Virus record (IMG/VR): IMGVR_UViG_3300028886_000028
Span: 1 to 64,000 of that record
Source of the DNA: a virus
Lineage: Duplodnaviria > Caudoviricetes
Reading direction: 5' to 3' (one strand)
DNA length: 64,000 nt
Shown here one piece after another: positions 36,114-45,921 of this stretch (the first letter of the stretch is position 1; every line of letters begins with the position of its first letter). Below the pieces are notes generated by a model. That model had not been told where the DNA came from. It worked only from the letters and a program-made list of their open reading frames with translations, and did not search any database. The position numbers and the translations under genes are program-made.

Positions 36114-38984
36114 ATGAAATATATAAGAAAATTTAATTCAACTGAAGAGTATGAAGTGGAAAAGGATAAATTACCTTTTCCAAATTTGTCTTTTGCTCTT
36201 GATAAGCCTAGAACTGTTTATTATCCATTTGAGGTAGAGGACAAATATTATGACCCAACATTATTTACTGGCCTTGGTAGAAAAAATCTTAAAAAGAATA
36301 TCGTAGATGGCGTTAATTTATTAACTCAGGATATGTTCAATGCTTCTCATACTGTGTATATTATTCAGTTTGATTATGTATTGAATTCTAACATTGAAAT
36401 TCCAAATAACAGCGTCTTGGAATTTAGAGGCGGTAGTATAAGTGGAGGAAGCATTTCATTGGAAAATACTTATTTAAATGGCGATGTTTCTTTTATTGAT
36501 ACTGTAATATCTGGTAGCTGTTCAAATGAAATACTGACGCCTAAATTATTTGGAGCAGTACCTTCTGTTTATGAAGATGAGAGTAATAAATATTTGCACA
36601 CAAAAGCATTTAAAAGTCTTGCCAATGTAATAGATAATCCTAATACGTTGTCAAGGGTTGTATTTATTCCAAGCGGCCACTATAGTTTAAATGAAAGGGT
36701 AATATTTATGTCAAGCTGTAAAGTGTATGGTAATGGTGACACAACAGTAATAGATTGTTACGATGGAGCTGGCGGGCTTGGTTTTGGCTATACTAAAGAT
36801 GGAAATCATTATTATCATAGTTGTGAGGTTTTAAATTGTACAATTGTGGAAGATGCTTATAAATTTAATGATTATATCATAGTTAATAATTCATCTGAAT
36901 TAAATGTAGGCGATTATATAATAATAACTGATACAAATGATTCCAGTTTTAATACCTCAAGAAAATATTACAGAACTAGTGAAATATTGAAAATTAGTAA
37001 CATTGAAGGCAACAAAATAATTTTTACAAGTAAATTATATGGGTATTATTTTGCTGATTTTGGAGAAGGCTATGCAACAACTTTAACACCGCAACCTCAA
37101 CACAGAACAGTTATTTCAAGGTTTACGCCTCAACAATATAATTTATCTGATTTTATGGTAGTGAGCCATAATCATGATATTTCAAATCCCACAACATATT
37201 ATACTTTAACAGTTTGTGGATTTAGAGATAGTGTTTTTTCAGGTGTTCATATGGAAAATCACGGAAACTATGTTCCTTGGTGTTTGAAACTTGGAATTCA
37301 TTATTCTGTAAGGGATTGCGTTGTAAGAAATTATGCTAAATACACTACTGATGGCTATGGGCTGGTTATAAGTACCTCTCAAGAATTTGTTGTTTACAAT
37401 TGTAAATTCCGTGCAACATCACATGCCCTTTCAACCGGAGGTGGCAGCTCTTTGTTTGATGTTATCAACAGAAATTTCGTATACGAGTGGCTTTATTTTG
37501 AGAATTGGGTTTATGACGCAAGTAGTGGTAAAACATATACAAAAATTGACTTAGATGTTCATGCTGATGCTGAGTATTATAAGTTTATTAACATAATGGC
37601 CCCAAATTCTACATGTGACACTGGAGGATATAATGTTCTTATTGAGAATTGTAAATTCAATAAAATATCAACATCATTTAATGAGGGCGATTTAACAATT
37701 AAAAATTGTGAAATATTTACTGAACAAGATGCAGGAGGGCTTCTTTGGAATAATAATGCGTATGATTACTATAGCGATAACTCATTAGTTATTGAAAATT
37801 CTGTTATACATGGTAATATGACACTAGATTATCAAGGTTCAAGTAAAGTTTATAAAAAATTAGTTTTCAAAAACAATAGATGTAAATCATTGCAAATGCG
37901 TCATGGACACATTGAAAGCACAATTATTGAGGATAACTTATTTGAATCTGGCGGTATATATAACTATAACTGCTCGTTTGATTTTGTCTCAGTAAGAGGA
38001 AATACATTATTGAATGGATTTATATTTATAACCTCTAAAGAGAGCGGAAATTGTATTGTTAATAATAATTATGTTAGAACTGTAGAGCATTCGCAATCAG
38101 ACAAAGAAACTATTATATTAAGGAACATGAATGGTAGTTTTAATGATAATACTGTTATAAGAGATTATGCATATTATCGGCCACCAATATCAATAACTCA
38201 AGGAAATATTATAATAAACAATTGTATTATAAAGTTGAACAATGACGATTTAAATAAAGAGATTGTAGCATCAAACGTTGCAAACGTTGTTCTTAAAAAT
38301 AATGTTCATAATTCAACATCAATTTCACTAATAAAGTATCCGGATGGAGATTCAAAGAAATATAGTTATGCATTTATTGATTCATATCCTAGCATATCAA
38401 ATAATTTAGACAGGTTTGATGTTAAAGATTCTATTGGAATGGTAACATATGATAATAGCACAAAGTCATTGGCATATATATCAAGCGTTCCGCAAGGTAA
38501 CGTGTTACTTAACTTAAAAGTTATAAACTCAGAGCCTGTTATAACTGAAAATGTGTTTGATAGTGGAAAAACATATTATGTTAAGTTCGGCAGAAATAAT
38601 GTGCATAATATGGTATATTTTTCAAAAACACGTATAATAGTAGAAGAAGATTTACTATGTGCATTACAAAGTTACGGTTCCTACGATGGAGTTTTCCAAG
38701 CACCAAATAAGACAGATTATCCGTATGTATATATAACATCATCTTATAACTCAAGTACTGGTGTGTCATTCGATTTCTATGAAAATAGAAATGTATCATC
38801 TTACGATGGTGCTGTATTTAATGTTAAAAGAAGTGGCACAACAGCACAACGCCCTATTGGATATGATGTATATGTTGGTTTTATGTATTTTGATACTAGT
38901 ATTGGTAAGCCAATATATGTAAAAAACATAAACTCTTCTAATTATTCGATAACTTGGGTTGACGCAAATGGAAATGTATGTTAA
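36114..38984 (+). CDS. Putative beta-helix tailspike/depolymerase
   Basis: FGA..AF..VFIPSGHY pectate-lyase-like start, N-rich beta-helix repeats, C-terminal GTTAQRP..G.MYFDT.IGKPI..WVDANG. Confidence 0.7.
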   Translation: MKYIRKFNSTEEYEVEKDKLPFPNLSFALDKPRTVYYPFEVEDKYYDPTLFTGLGRKNLKKNIVDGVNLLTQDMFNASHTVYIIQFDYVLNSNIEIPNNSVLEFRGGSISGGSISLENTYLNGDVSFIDTVISGSCSNEILTPKLFGAVPSVYEDESNKYLHTKAFKSLANVIDNPNTLSRVVFIPSGHYSLNERVIFMSSCKVYGNGDTTVIDCYDGAGGLGFGYTKDGNHYYHSCEVLNCTIVEDAYKFNDYIIVNNSSELNVGDYIIITDTNDSSFNTSRKYYRTSEILKISNIEGNKIIFTSKLYGYYFADFGEGYATTLTPQPQHRTVISRFTPQQYNLSDFMVVSHNHDISNPTTYYTLTVCGFRDSVFSGVHMENHGNYVPWCLKLGIHYSVRDCVVRNYAKYTTDGYGLVISTSQEFVVYNCKFRATSHALSTGGGSSLFDVINRNFVYEWLYFENWVYDASSGKTYTKIDLDVHADAEYYKFINIMAPNSTCDTGGYNVLIENCKFNKISTSFNEGDLTIKNCEIFTEQDAGGLLWNNNAYDYYSDNSLVIENSVIHGNMTLDYQGSSKVYKKLVFKNNRCKSLQMRHGHIESTIIEDNLFESGGIYNYNCSFDFVSVRGNTLLNGFIFITSKESGNCIVNNNYVRTVEHSQSDKETIILRNMNGSFNDNTVIRDYAYYRPPISITQGNIIINNCIIKLNNDDLNKEIVASNVANVVLKNNVHNSTSISLIKYPDGDSKKYSYAFIDSYPSISNNLDRFDVKDSIGMVTYDNSTKSLAYISSVPQGNVLLNLKVINSEPVITENVFDSGKTYYVKFGRNNVHNMVYFSKTRIIVEEDLLCALQSYGSYDGVFQAPNKTDYPYVYITSSYNSSTGVSFDFYENRNVSSYDGAVFNVKRSGTTAQRPIGYDVYVGFMYFDTSIGKPIYVKNINSSNYSITWVDANGNVC

Positions 38985-39120
38985 TTATATTTTTTTAGTT
39001 TGCAAAAGCATAAAATGAGCAGCAATTAAATTGTCTGCTCATTCTTTTTTGTAAAAACTTATTATTTACCTGTTTATTTAAATATTTATAAGTAATAAGT
39101 TTTATAAAATATTTTATAAT

Positions 39121-41553
39121 ATGTCAAAAAAATATATAAATACTCTAGATTTTTATGGCTACGGAGAAAGTAATAAAATGGAGCCGGCATTAGGTTCATC
39201 TTACAAGGTAAAGGTATCAGACAAGGATGGAAATATCATTACCATTGAAAAAGATGGGTCTCTTTATGCTTGTGTTAAATTGGCATTTGACACAAACACA
39301 GGTATTTTGAGTTTACTTGATGCTGCCCATAATGATTCTGTTCTCGCGGAGGTAGAAATGCCTAATGCTGATTACATTTATAATTGCAGATTTGATGAAG
39401 AGTTAAATGCAATTTTATTTGATGTAAAATCTCTTTATGGCGATAATACAGATACCATAGAACTTGATGTTGAAAGTTTGGTAGAACTTTACGAAGCCGG
39501 CCAAGGTATTGAAATTGGCGAGAAAAATGAAGAGACCGGTAGAAAGCCAATTAGTGTTAAACTCGTTGAAGGGGAAGATTTACTTACTTTAACAGATGAT
39601 GGACTTGGTATTGATGATTCAGTTGTTACCGAGGATGAACTTTATGCTGCTATTAGCGGAAAAGCGGACATTTCATATGTTAACGAACTTTTTTATGGCA
39701 TTAGTGGAATAACTTCAGGCATTACTGATATACTTGAAGAGCATGAAACTGAAATAGAAAAGTTAAAAAGAATTGTTGGTACTGAAGAAGAAATTCCTTC
39801 ACTTTTTGAACAAATAGAAAGCAATAGAGAAGATATTTCTGAACTTGATGGAGAAATTGGCGATATTAGTGGGGCAGTAAACACAATATCTGAAAAGGTA
39901 GATAGCATTGAAAATAATATTGATTCATTAAATGATACTGTTAATTCATTATCTGATGATGTTGATGACCTTAGAGAGGCAATAGAAAAAGAAGTTGAAA
40001 GAGCAACGTCAGCAGAAACGGATTTAAGAATTTCAGTGGAAGTCGAAGAAGGTAGAGCAATAAGTGCGGAAACTGTATTAACAGAAAGAATTACTGGAGA
40101 AGAAAATGCGAGAAAAGAGTCTTCAGTGTCTGATGTTGTATATAATTCTTCAGCAAAAACAATTAATTTCTTTAATGAAAATGGAAACATTATAACTTCA
40201 ATTGACACTACTGATTTCATTAAAGATGGTATGGTTAAGTCTGTTGCTATTGAAACAGTAGATGACACTACTTATTTGGTAATAACGTGGAATACTGACG
40301 CTGGTATTGAAGAAACGAGAATTAATCTTGGAGATTTATTTGATGCTGACGATTATTACACAAAGGCAGAGATAGATTCAAAAATTGACGAATTACATAG
40401 CACAGATGATGAACTTGCTCAGGCAAACGAAAGACAATGGAGTGCTATAACCCAAAACAGGGAAGAAATTAACGATGTTGACCAAAATATTCGTTATCTT
40501 ATTTCTCAAGAAGCAGAATCTAGAGAAAACGAGGATAATAATTTATGGGAAGCATTAAGAACAGAGACAAATGAACGCACTACTTCAGATGCTTCTTTGC
40601 AAGCACAAATAAATGCAGAAGCAGAAGAAAGAAGAGCGAAAGACACTCAATTAGAAAACGCAATCGCAGATGAAAGAAGAGAAAGAATATCCGATATTAC
40701 TGATACAAGAAATCAAGTTATTTCAGGTATTACGAATCTTCAAATACAATTAACTGCTGAAGTACAAAGAGCTCAAGGAGAAGAAGGCAGAATAGACGCA
40801 AAATATGATGGTGCTATAACTGATTTAAGAAATGCAGATATAATAATAAACCAACATATTGATGACCAAGATGCTATAATTAATCGTAGAATAGATGGTG
40901 TCGTTTCTGACTTAGAAGTTGAACAAAACACAAGGCAAACTGCTGATTTGGAAATGTCAAATGATATTAATTATATCAGGAGAAATTATGCTACAGTAGA
41001 ATATGTAGATAATCAAGATGATAATTTCAAAGAAGCCGCAATTCAAACATCAACAGGATATGCTAAATCTTATACAGATACTGAGGTAGATAGATTAGAA
41101 GTAGCATTAAAAAGATATTGCGATTCAGGGCACACGGAACTTCAGCATGAAATAAGTGATAATGCTACTAAAATTAATGCAATATCAAGCCTTAGAGGAG
41201 TAACCGGTAGTAATATAAGTAATTATGACGATTCTGGAAATGGTATTTTAGATGTACTACATCGTGAATTCCACTATCACATTACACATGATGGCTCTAT
41301 TAAAGAAATATATTACGAAGATGGTAATATAATTATTATATATGAAACACCTTATGGAGAAAAATCAGCAACAATACCGGTTAGTACAGTAGTTGATTTA
41401 AGAGATTATTATAAGAAGAATGAAGTAGATGCCCTTCTTGATAATAAAGCGAATGTGACAGATTTAAATGGTGAAATACAAAGAGCAACCGAAGCAGAAA
41501 GATTGTTGAATGAAAAAATTGATAATCTTGATATTGATGGAGGTATATACTAG
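39121..41553 (+). CDS. Fibre/coiled-coil virion protein B
   Basis: Paralog of 30971; E..R...D coiled-coil repeats; ends IDGGIY. Confidence 0.75.
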   Translation: MSKKYINTLDFYGYGESNKMEPALGSSYKVKVSDKDGNIITIEKDGSLYACVKLAFDTNTGILSLLDAAHNDSVLAEVEMPNADYIYNCRFDEELNAILFDVKSLYGDNTDTIELDVESLVELYEAGQGIEIGEKNEETGRKPISVKLVEGEDLLTLTDDGLGIDDSVVTEDELYAAISGKADISYVNELFYGISGITSGITDILEEHETEIEKLKRIVGTEEEIPSLFEQIESNREDISELDGEIGDISGAVNTISEKVDSIENNIDSLNDTVNSLSDDVDDLREAIEKEVERATSAETDLRISVEVEEGRAISAETVLTERITGEENARKESSVSDVVYNSSAKTINFFNENGNIITSIDTTDFIKDGMVKSVAIETVDDTTYLVITWNTDAGIEETRINLGDLFDADDYYTKAEIDSKIDELHSTDDELAQANERQWSAITQNREEINDVDQNIRYLISQEAESRENEDNNLWEALRTETNERTTSDASLQAQINAEAEERRAKDTQLENAIADERRERISDITDTRNQVISGITNLQIQLTAEVQRAQGEEGRIDAKYDGAITDLRNADIIINQHIDDQDAIINRRIDGVVSDLEVEQNTRQTADLEMSNDINYIRRNYATVEYVDNQDDNFKEAAIQTSTGYAKSYTDTEVDRLEVALKRYCDSGHTELQHEISDNATKINAISSLRGVTGSNISNYDDSGNGILDVLHREFHYHITHDGSIKEIYYEDGNIIIIYETPYGEKSATIPVSTVVDLRDYYKKNEVDALLDNKANVTDLNGEIQRATEAERLLNEKIDNLDIDGGIY

Positions 41554-41577
41554 TGATTTTTTACAATTTTTAATATA

Positions 41578-41610
41578 AATGAGCAAATCTTTTTAGGTTT
41601 GCTCATTTTT
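41578..41610 (+). terminator. Terminator hairpin
   Basis: aatgagcaaatct-tttt-aggtttgctcatt. Confidence 0.8.
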
Positions 41611-41765
41611 ATATATATTCCAAAATATTTATAATAAAACAAATATCTTATTAAGATATATTTTGTTAAATAAAAACGCTGGTATCCTTACCATTTTTTG
41701 AACTCTATAGTTCTGAAAAACAATATATTGAAAGTAAAATAAATAAGATAAATAATTCACATATT

Positions 41766-43313
41766 ATGACTAAAAACGTTAATCATGTTTCTCATAAGAA
41801 AAGTAAAGTTAAAAATAATGGCAAGCCTCAATTACCATTGGCTTCTGCATTGACAGAAGGAGAAATTGCTATTAACTATGCTGAAAATGTCGAAACATTA
41901 TCTATTAAAAACGAAAGTGGAAACGTTGTCACGTTTTCATCAGATGATTATTATTCTGAGCAAAAACTTGGAAGCATGTTTATAGGCGCAAATAGCGCTA
42001 AAACCGTAACACAAGCAATAACTTTGCTTGATGAAAATAAGTTAGAAATTAGTTCATTTAGCAGTCACACTGCTGATACTACTGTTCACCTTACGTCAAC
42101 TGATAAGGCTAATATCGAGTCATTAACGACAAATATTGCCTCTATTAGCGCTATTTCTTCAAGTGATGTGACAAATTGGAATACTGCATATAGTAATAGT
42201 CATAGCCATAGTAATAAATCAGTTTTAGATGATATTACATCTACCAAAACAAGCAATTGGGACACTGCATATGGTAATAGTCATACTCATTCAAATATGA
42301 GTGCGTTAAATGATATTACGGCTGAAAGCGTTGCAATTCTCACAGGCTTAACCGGGAACGTAGGTTCAATGGCATATGAAGATAAAACATCGTATTCTAG
42401 TGCAACAGAAGTGTCTGGCGCCATTAATTCACACGCCACCAACACTGCACTGCATTTTAGCGGAAGCGAAAAGGCTAATCTTGATTCTTTGGCAACAAAT
42501 ATTGCTGCAATTAGTGGCGTAACATCTACTAAAGTAAATAATTGGGATGGTGCCGCAACAAATAGCCATACTCATAGCAATAAATCAGTTTTAGATAGTA
42601 TTACGTCAGAGAAAGTAAGTGGATGGGATAGCGCTTCAACAAATAGCCATACTCATAGTAATAAAACTTATTTAGACTCTGTATCAGGCACTATTGGCAC
42701 TATGGCTTATGAAAACGCAAGTTCTTATTCTAGTGCGACACAAGTTAATACCGCATTAACAGGAAAAGCAGATAATGCTTCATTTACTGCTCACACTGCT
42801 GATACTACTGTTCATCTTACATCAACAGAAAAAACTAATATTGATTCTTTGGCAACAAATATTGCTACCATTAGCGGCATTTCTTCAAACAATGTAAATA
42901 GTTGGAATAGTGCAGTCACAAGTAGCCATACACATGCAAATAAATCAGCATTAGATGCTATAACAGGTAATGTTGGCACTATGGCTTATGAAAGCACAAG
43001 CTCATATTCTAGCGCAACACAAGTTAATACTGCGTTAAGTAGTAAGTTAGACTATTCAATGTTTGTTATTAGCCGTGTAACTGTAAATGGAAATATTTCA
43101 TCAAGTTGTAGTATAACAGGAAGTAGTAATAGTGGTAGAAATGAGACTATTATTTATAATAATTCATCTACTACTACTGATAGAACTGTTACTATTCCGA
43201 CAACATATAAAACTCCTGATGGGGCTGCTATAGAATTAACATGCCCTGCCGGTGGTTATTGTGAGGTTAACTATTTAAATATTGATGGAACAATATACGC
43301 AAGAGGTTTATAA
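41766..43313 (+). CDS. Fibre protein with Mtd_N-like N-domain and HxH repeats
   Basis: P..L.EGEIAINY; repeated W..A..NSHTHSNKS.LD. Confidence 0.7.
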   Translation: MTKNVNHVSHKKSKVKNNGKPQLPLASALTEGEIAINYAENVETLSIKNESGNVVTFSSDDYYSEQKLGSMFIGANSAKTVTQAITLLDENKLEISSFSSHTADTTVHLTSTDKANIESLTTNIASISAISSSDVTNWNTAYSNSHSHSNKSVLDDITSTKTSNWDTAYGNSHTHSNMSALNDITAESVAILTGLTGNVGSMAYEDKTSYSSATEVSGAINSHATNTALHFSGSEKANLDSLATNIAAISGVTSTKVNNWDGAATNSHTHSNKSVLDSITSEKVSGWDSASTNSHTHSNKTYLDSVSGTIGTMAYENASSYSSATQVNTALTGKADNASFTAHTADTTVHLTSTEKTNIDSLATNIATISGISSNNVNSWNSAVTSSHTHANKSALDAITGNVGTMAYESTSSYSSATQVNTALSSKLDYSMFVISRVTVNGNISSSCSITGSSNSGRNETIIYNNSSTTTDRTVTIPTTYKTPDGAAIELTCPAGGYCEVNYLNIDGTIYARGL

Positions 43314-43333
43314 TTTTTATTAAAAGATAGATT

Positions 43334-43924
43334 ATGGAAAAATACGTTTATATAAAGAAAAGTATAGCAAAGCATTTCGTTGACTTTGCAGAGCCTCTTA
43401 AAGCCGAGGAGTATAATAACCTCGGAGAGACTTATGAAGATTATGAGGAAAACAAATGGGTATTGCTCAGTGATGAACAAGTTGAGTTCTATGAGAATCA
43501 CCTTAATGCTTCACCTAAAGAGGTATGGGAAATGCAGATTTATGTTCCTGTGAAAACGTTGGAACAAGCTAAACAAGAGAAGATATTGGAGATTGATGAA
43601 TATGACCATAGCGATGCCGTAAATTCTTTCAGCGTCAACGGTAAGGAAATGTGGATTGATGCACAGATACGTCAACAACTTAGGATTAGCCTCGATGCTT
43701 GTAGGGATATGGGTAGGGAGACAGTTACTAAATGGTTTGATGGCATTGAGTATATTTATCCTATTAATCAATGGTATCAGATGCTTGCTGCTGTTGAAGT
43801 ATATGCAAGTGATGCTTTGAATGTTACAGAGTCTCATAAGGCTGCTGTCAATGCTCTAGAGACCATAGAGGCTGTGGAGAACTATGACTATACAAATAAT
43901 TATCCGGCTAAACTTGCATTCTAA
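43334..43924 (+). CDS. DUF4376-like fibre-associated protein
   Basis: TLEQAKQEKI.EI.EYD.S..VNSF..W.D..R; YDYT..YP.KL.F. Confidence 0.7.
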   Translation: MEKYVYIKKSIAKHFVDFAEPLKAEEYNNLGETYEDYEENKWVLLSDEQVEFYENHLNASPKEVWEMQIYVPVKTLEQAKQEKILEIDEYDHSDAVNSFSVNGKEMWIDAQIRQQLRISLDACRDMGRETVTKWFDGIEYIYPINQWYQMLAAVEVYASDALNVTESHKAAVNALETIEAVENYDYTNNYPAKLAF

Positions 43925-43926
43925 TT

Positions 43927-43959
43927 ATGCTAAGAAGAAGGGTAATAATGAAGAAATGA
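43927..43959 (+). pseudogene. Truncated MLRRR-type gene start
   Basis: MLRRRVIMKK*, compare MIRRRRLL at 44459 and 45922. Confidence 0.4.
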
Positions 43960-43979
43960 ACAATAAAAAACAATAAACA

Positions 43980-44450
43980 ATGTATATATCTTGTTTAATA
44001 GGATTTTTAATAATCTTATTATATTGTATTATTATAATAACTAAAGATAAGGAAATTCCAAATTCAATTTCTCAAATGGTATATTCGCTTGAAGAGAAAA
44101 TGAAATGGACATTTACTATGGTAATGATGATTGTAGGGTTTATGATTGTTCCACAATTGATGGAGGTCATAAACTCCAATTATGAATTTCTTGGTTTTTT
44201 AACTGTTCTTGGTATATTTGGAGTGGGCGCTGACCCACTGGTAAAAGGAGAAAAAAATATAGTACATTATGTGTCGGCAGCAATAATGGGAATTTCATCA
44301 CAAATTATTGTTCTAATGAATATGCCAAATTTAATGTATATGTGGATTCCTTATGTAATGTATACATTATATGAGAAAAAATCAGATAAAAACATGTTTT
44401 TTGCTGAAATAATAATGCTTATTTCATTGGGCATTGTTTGTTTAATTTAG
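43980..44450 (+). CDS. Multi-pass membrane protein
   Basis: About five hydrophobic helices; IPNSIS..Y motif. Confidence 0.7.
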   Translation: MYISCLIGFLIILLYCIIIITKDKEIPNSISQMVYSLEEKMKWTFTMVMMIVGFMIVPQLMEVINSNYEFLGFLTVLGIFGVGADPLVKGEKNIVHYVSAAIMGISSQIIVLMNMPNLMYMWIPYVMYTLYEKKSDKNMFFAEIIMLISLGIVCLI

Positions 44451-44458
44451 TACATAAA

Positions 44459-45901
44459 ATGATTAGAAGAAGACGATTATTAGAAGCGAAGAAAGAAATG
44501 GCATTAAAATGCACTTTTAACCTACCATCCAATCAAATTAGCAATATAAAAATAATGGGTGTTAGTGAGCCATCAAGTGTGGTGGAAAAAATGAGAGTTG
44601 ATGGCGTTTTTAAAACGCCAAGCAATTATTGTGATTTTTCAGGAGGTGGGTATCATGTTGTTGAATATACGTTAATAAATCCGTCTATATTGAGTGAAAG
44701 TTTTTTTGAAAAATGCGAAAAACTTATATATGTTGAAATGCCTGAAACAATTGAAAGCATCGAATCGTATGCCTTTAGCGGATGCACAGGCTTAACTAGA
44801 GTGAATAGCAATACTAATGGAGTATGTAATATACCAAGTGACGTAACAAGCATAGGTATAAATGCTTTCTATAATTGTAAAACACTTTCAAGAATAAATA
44901 TACCAAGTGGCGTAACAAGTATTGGTAGTGGGGCTTTCAATAGTTGTAGCGGGCTTACAAGTATAAATATTCCAAGTGGAGTTACAAGTATTGGACAAAA
45001 TACTTTCGAAAGATGTAGAAAACTTCCAAGTATTATTATACCTGATAGCATAACAAGTATTGGGGCCAGCGCCTTCACTTATTGTAGTGGCCTTACGAGT
45101 ATAAACATACCTAATAGTGTGAGAAGTATTGGTAATTATGCTTTCAGTGCATGTACTAAACTTACGAGCTGTACAATAGGTAGTGGGCTAACAAGCATTA
45201 ATAGTGGAGTTTTTGGCAATTGTAGTAGTCTTACAAGTATAGGACCGGTTGGAAGTGGGGCATCAGTAAAAATTCCAAGCGGCGTAACAAACATTGGCTA
45301 TGAAAGTTTCAGATATTGCTATGGCCTTACAAACGTAATTATCCCTGATAATGTAAGAACTATTGGTAATTATGCTTTCGATAGTTGTTCTAATATGACA
45401 AGTTGTACAATAGGTAGTGGAGTTACAAGTATTGGACGTTATGTTTTTGCTAAATGTATTAACCTTCCAAGTATAGTTATACCTGATAGTGTAACAATTA
45501 TTGATAACTATGCTTTTTCTAATTGTAGCGGTCTTACGAGTATAGATATACCAGATAGTGTAACAAAAATTAATGAAAGGGTTTTCGAATATTGCTATGG
45601 TATTACAAGCTGTACAATAGGAAATGGAGTTACAAGTATTGGCCAAAGTGCTTTTTATGAATGCCACGGTATTAAAAATTTAACATTAGGTAGCGCAGTT
45701 AGAAGCCTTAATTTTAAAACTTTTTATTATTGCAGTAGCCTTAGTAGTATAACTTCAAATGCAATAACTGCTCCTTCAATACAAGATGATACGTTTCGAT
45801 ATGTTAAAAACAATGGTACATTATACGTTCCAATAGGTAGTAGTGGTTATGATGTATGGATTAGCAAGTTAGGCAGTGTATGGACAAAAGTAGAGCAATA
45901 A
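44459..45901 (+). CDS. BspA-type LRR protein
   Basis: MIRRRRLL start, LRR_5 repeats, WTKVEQ end. Confidence 0.85.
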   Translation: MIRRRRLLEAKKEMALKCTFNLPSNQISNIKIMGVSEPSSVVEKMRVDGVFKTPSNYCDFSGGGYHVVEYTLINPSILSESFFEKCEKLIYVEMPETIESIESYAFSGCTGLTRVNSNTNGVCNIPSDVTSIGINAFYNCKTLSRINIPSGVTSIGSGAFNSCSGLTSINIPSGVTSIGQNTFERCRKLPSIIIPDSITSIGASAFTYCSGLTSINIPNSVRSIGNYAFSACTKLTSCTIGSGLTSINSGVFGNCSSLTSIGPVGSGASVKIPSGVTNIGYESFRYCYGLTNVIIPDNVRTIGNYAFDSCSNMTSCTIGSGVTSIGRYVFAKCINLPSIVIPDSVTIIDNYAFSNCSGLTSIDIPDSVTKINERVFEYCYGITSCTIGNGVTSIGQSAFYECHGIKNLTLGSAVRSLNFKTFYYCSSLSSITSNAITAPSIQDDTFRYVKNNGTLYVPIGSSGYDVWISKLGSVWTKVEQ

Positions 45902-45921
45902 AATATGAAATTAATAATGAA

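Noticed and set aside
43980-44450. Holin call for the membrane proteins here and at 6702
   Set aside because: No adjacent endolysin or spanin, and no diagnostic motif
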